NCBI GenBank assembly: GCA_977017645.1
Contig: OZ360249.1
Coordinates: forward strand, 6,510,001 to 6,574,000
Reading direction: 5' to 3'
Origin: Torpedo marmorata
Lineage: Eukaryota
DNA: 64,000 bases
Shown: positions 63,157 through 64,000 of the stretch, piece by piece
Layout: each line of letters begins with the position of its first letter
How positions within the stretch are numbered: position 1 is the first letter of the stretch
Notes under the pieces: model-generated
The model's input: the letters and a program-made list of their open reading frames with translations, nothing else
Database searches by the model: none
Told to the model about the DNA's origin: nothing
Program-made: the position numbers and the translations under genes

Positions 63157-64000
63157 TAATAAACCTCAATTTATTTAAAGTACATGAATATTCAGAGGGA
63201 AAGATGATAACACAGAAAAACATAAGTTTGTGAAACATACCTTTGTAGATTTTGGTTCAAAGATGACCATCTGAAGATTTGTACCAGGCTAGTGTAAATA
63301 GAATATTCCAAATCTGCCATTCTTTGCTTTAAAATTAAAGAGGGCAGCTGATCACTCAAAATGGTCAACCAATTTGAGATTGAGGCTAGTTGAAATACAG
63401 TGAAAACACATTGAGAATGGATCACTTGGGTCATCATGATCTGTACAGGACTTTCTTGCCAGCGGTGCTGATTTTATTGCACTGTCCAACTATAGTTTAT
63501 GACCTGCCCTGATGGTGATTTATAAACTGGAGCTACAGAACCCAGTTAGCTTGAACTTAAAAATGGATTCAATTTGTCAAAATTTACCAATCCCAACTTT
63601 TAGATATTCTGCAAACAACCCAAGCTGCTGCACATCTTCTGTAATTGGAAGTTGATATAATTTGACAACTGCAGTTTCCCTGAGAGACTTTGGTCATTTC
63701 CTGAATGATTATCGTTGTTTGCAGCACTTGGTGCTGCGAGGCAGGACTGAATTTTAGGATGACAATTGTGCCTGTGTTGTCCATAAAACGTCTATTCATA
63801 TTTTGGGAATACACTTTATGAAGTTTTACCTTTATTGTTTGAGTGAAGAGATTTTGCATTCAATATTTCTTGTAGCAATTCTGTGCACTCACTCTTCCTG
63901 CATCCTGAACTGACAGAAGTCACGGATATGCCCATGCAGGAACAAAGAAGTGGCAACAGCCTTGGTAGCACTTTCTGTTGCTTTTGGAAAGCTGGAATGT

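Noticed and set aside
63241-63385. 145-nt minus-strand exon candidate (AG...GTATGT, one open frame)
   Set aside because: Peptide not recognisable and no partner exons found; would need RNA-seq
1-64000. CRISPR arrays, operons or other prokaryotic/viral systems
   Set aside because: No repeat-spacer arrays or gene-dense segments; content is vertebrate interspersed repeats

Overview
Vertebrate genomic DNA, most likely an elasmobranch (shark/ray); this is inferred from HE1-type V-SINEs, Deu-domain SINE relics, CR1 LINEs and shark-type Penelope termini. I find no supportable host protein-coding exon, so the window looks intronic or intergenic. It is dominated by mobile elements: Penelope-like (PLE) fragments with minimal hammerhead ribozyme motifs, one full-length but decayed DD35D pogo (POGK/Passer-like) transposon, 14 V-SINEs, CR1, L1, Rex1/Babar, RTE and L2 fragments, and a composite hAT MITE. 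There is also a 14-bp purine minisatellite and two assembly gaps. The most interesting signals are: (i) a ~850-bp non-coding, GC-rich, hairpin-rich element with a YY1-like 5' motif and a Rex1-like 3' tail (7 copies or relatives); (ii) PLE hammerheads with covarying helices but a fixed U instead of C at core position 3; (iii) a MITE made of two inverted mini-MITEs carrying a ~110-bp captured spacer; (iv) repeated head-to-head retrocopy pairs; (v) an L1 whose 5' junction forms a hairpin with its own TSD. Family assignments come from motif recognition by eye, not database searches.
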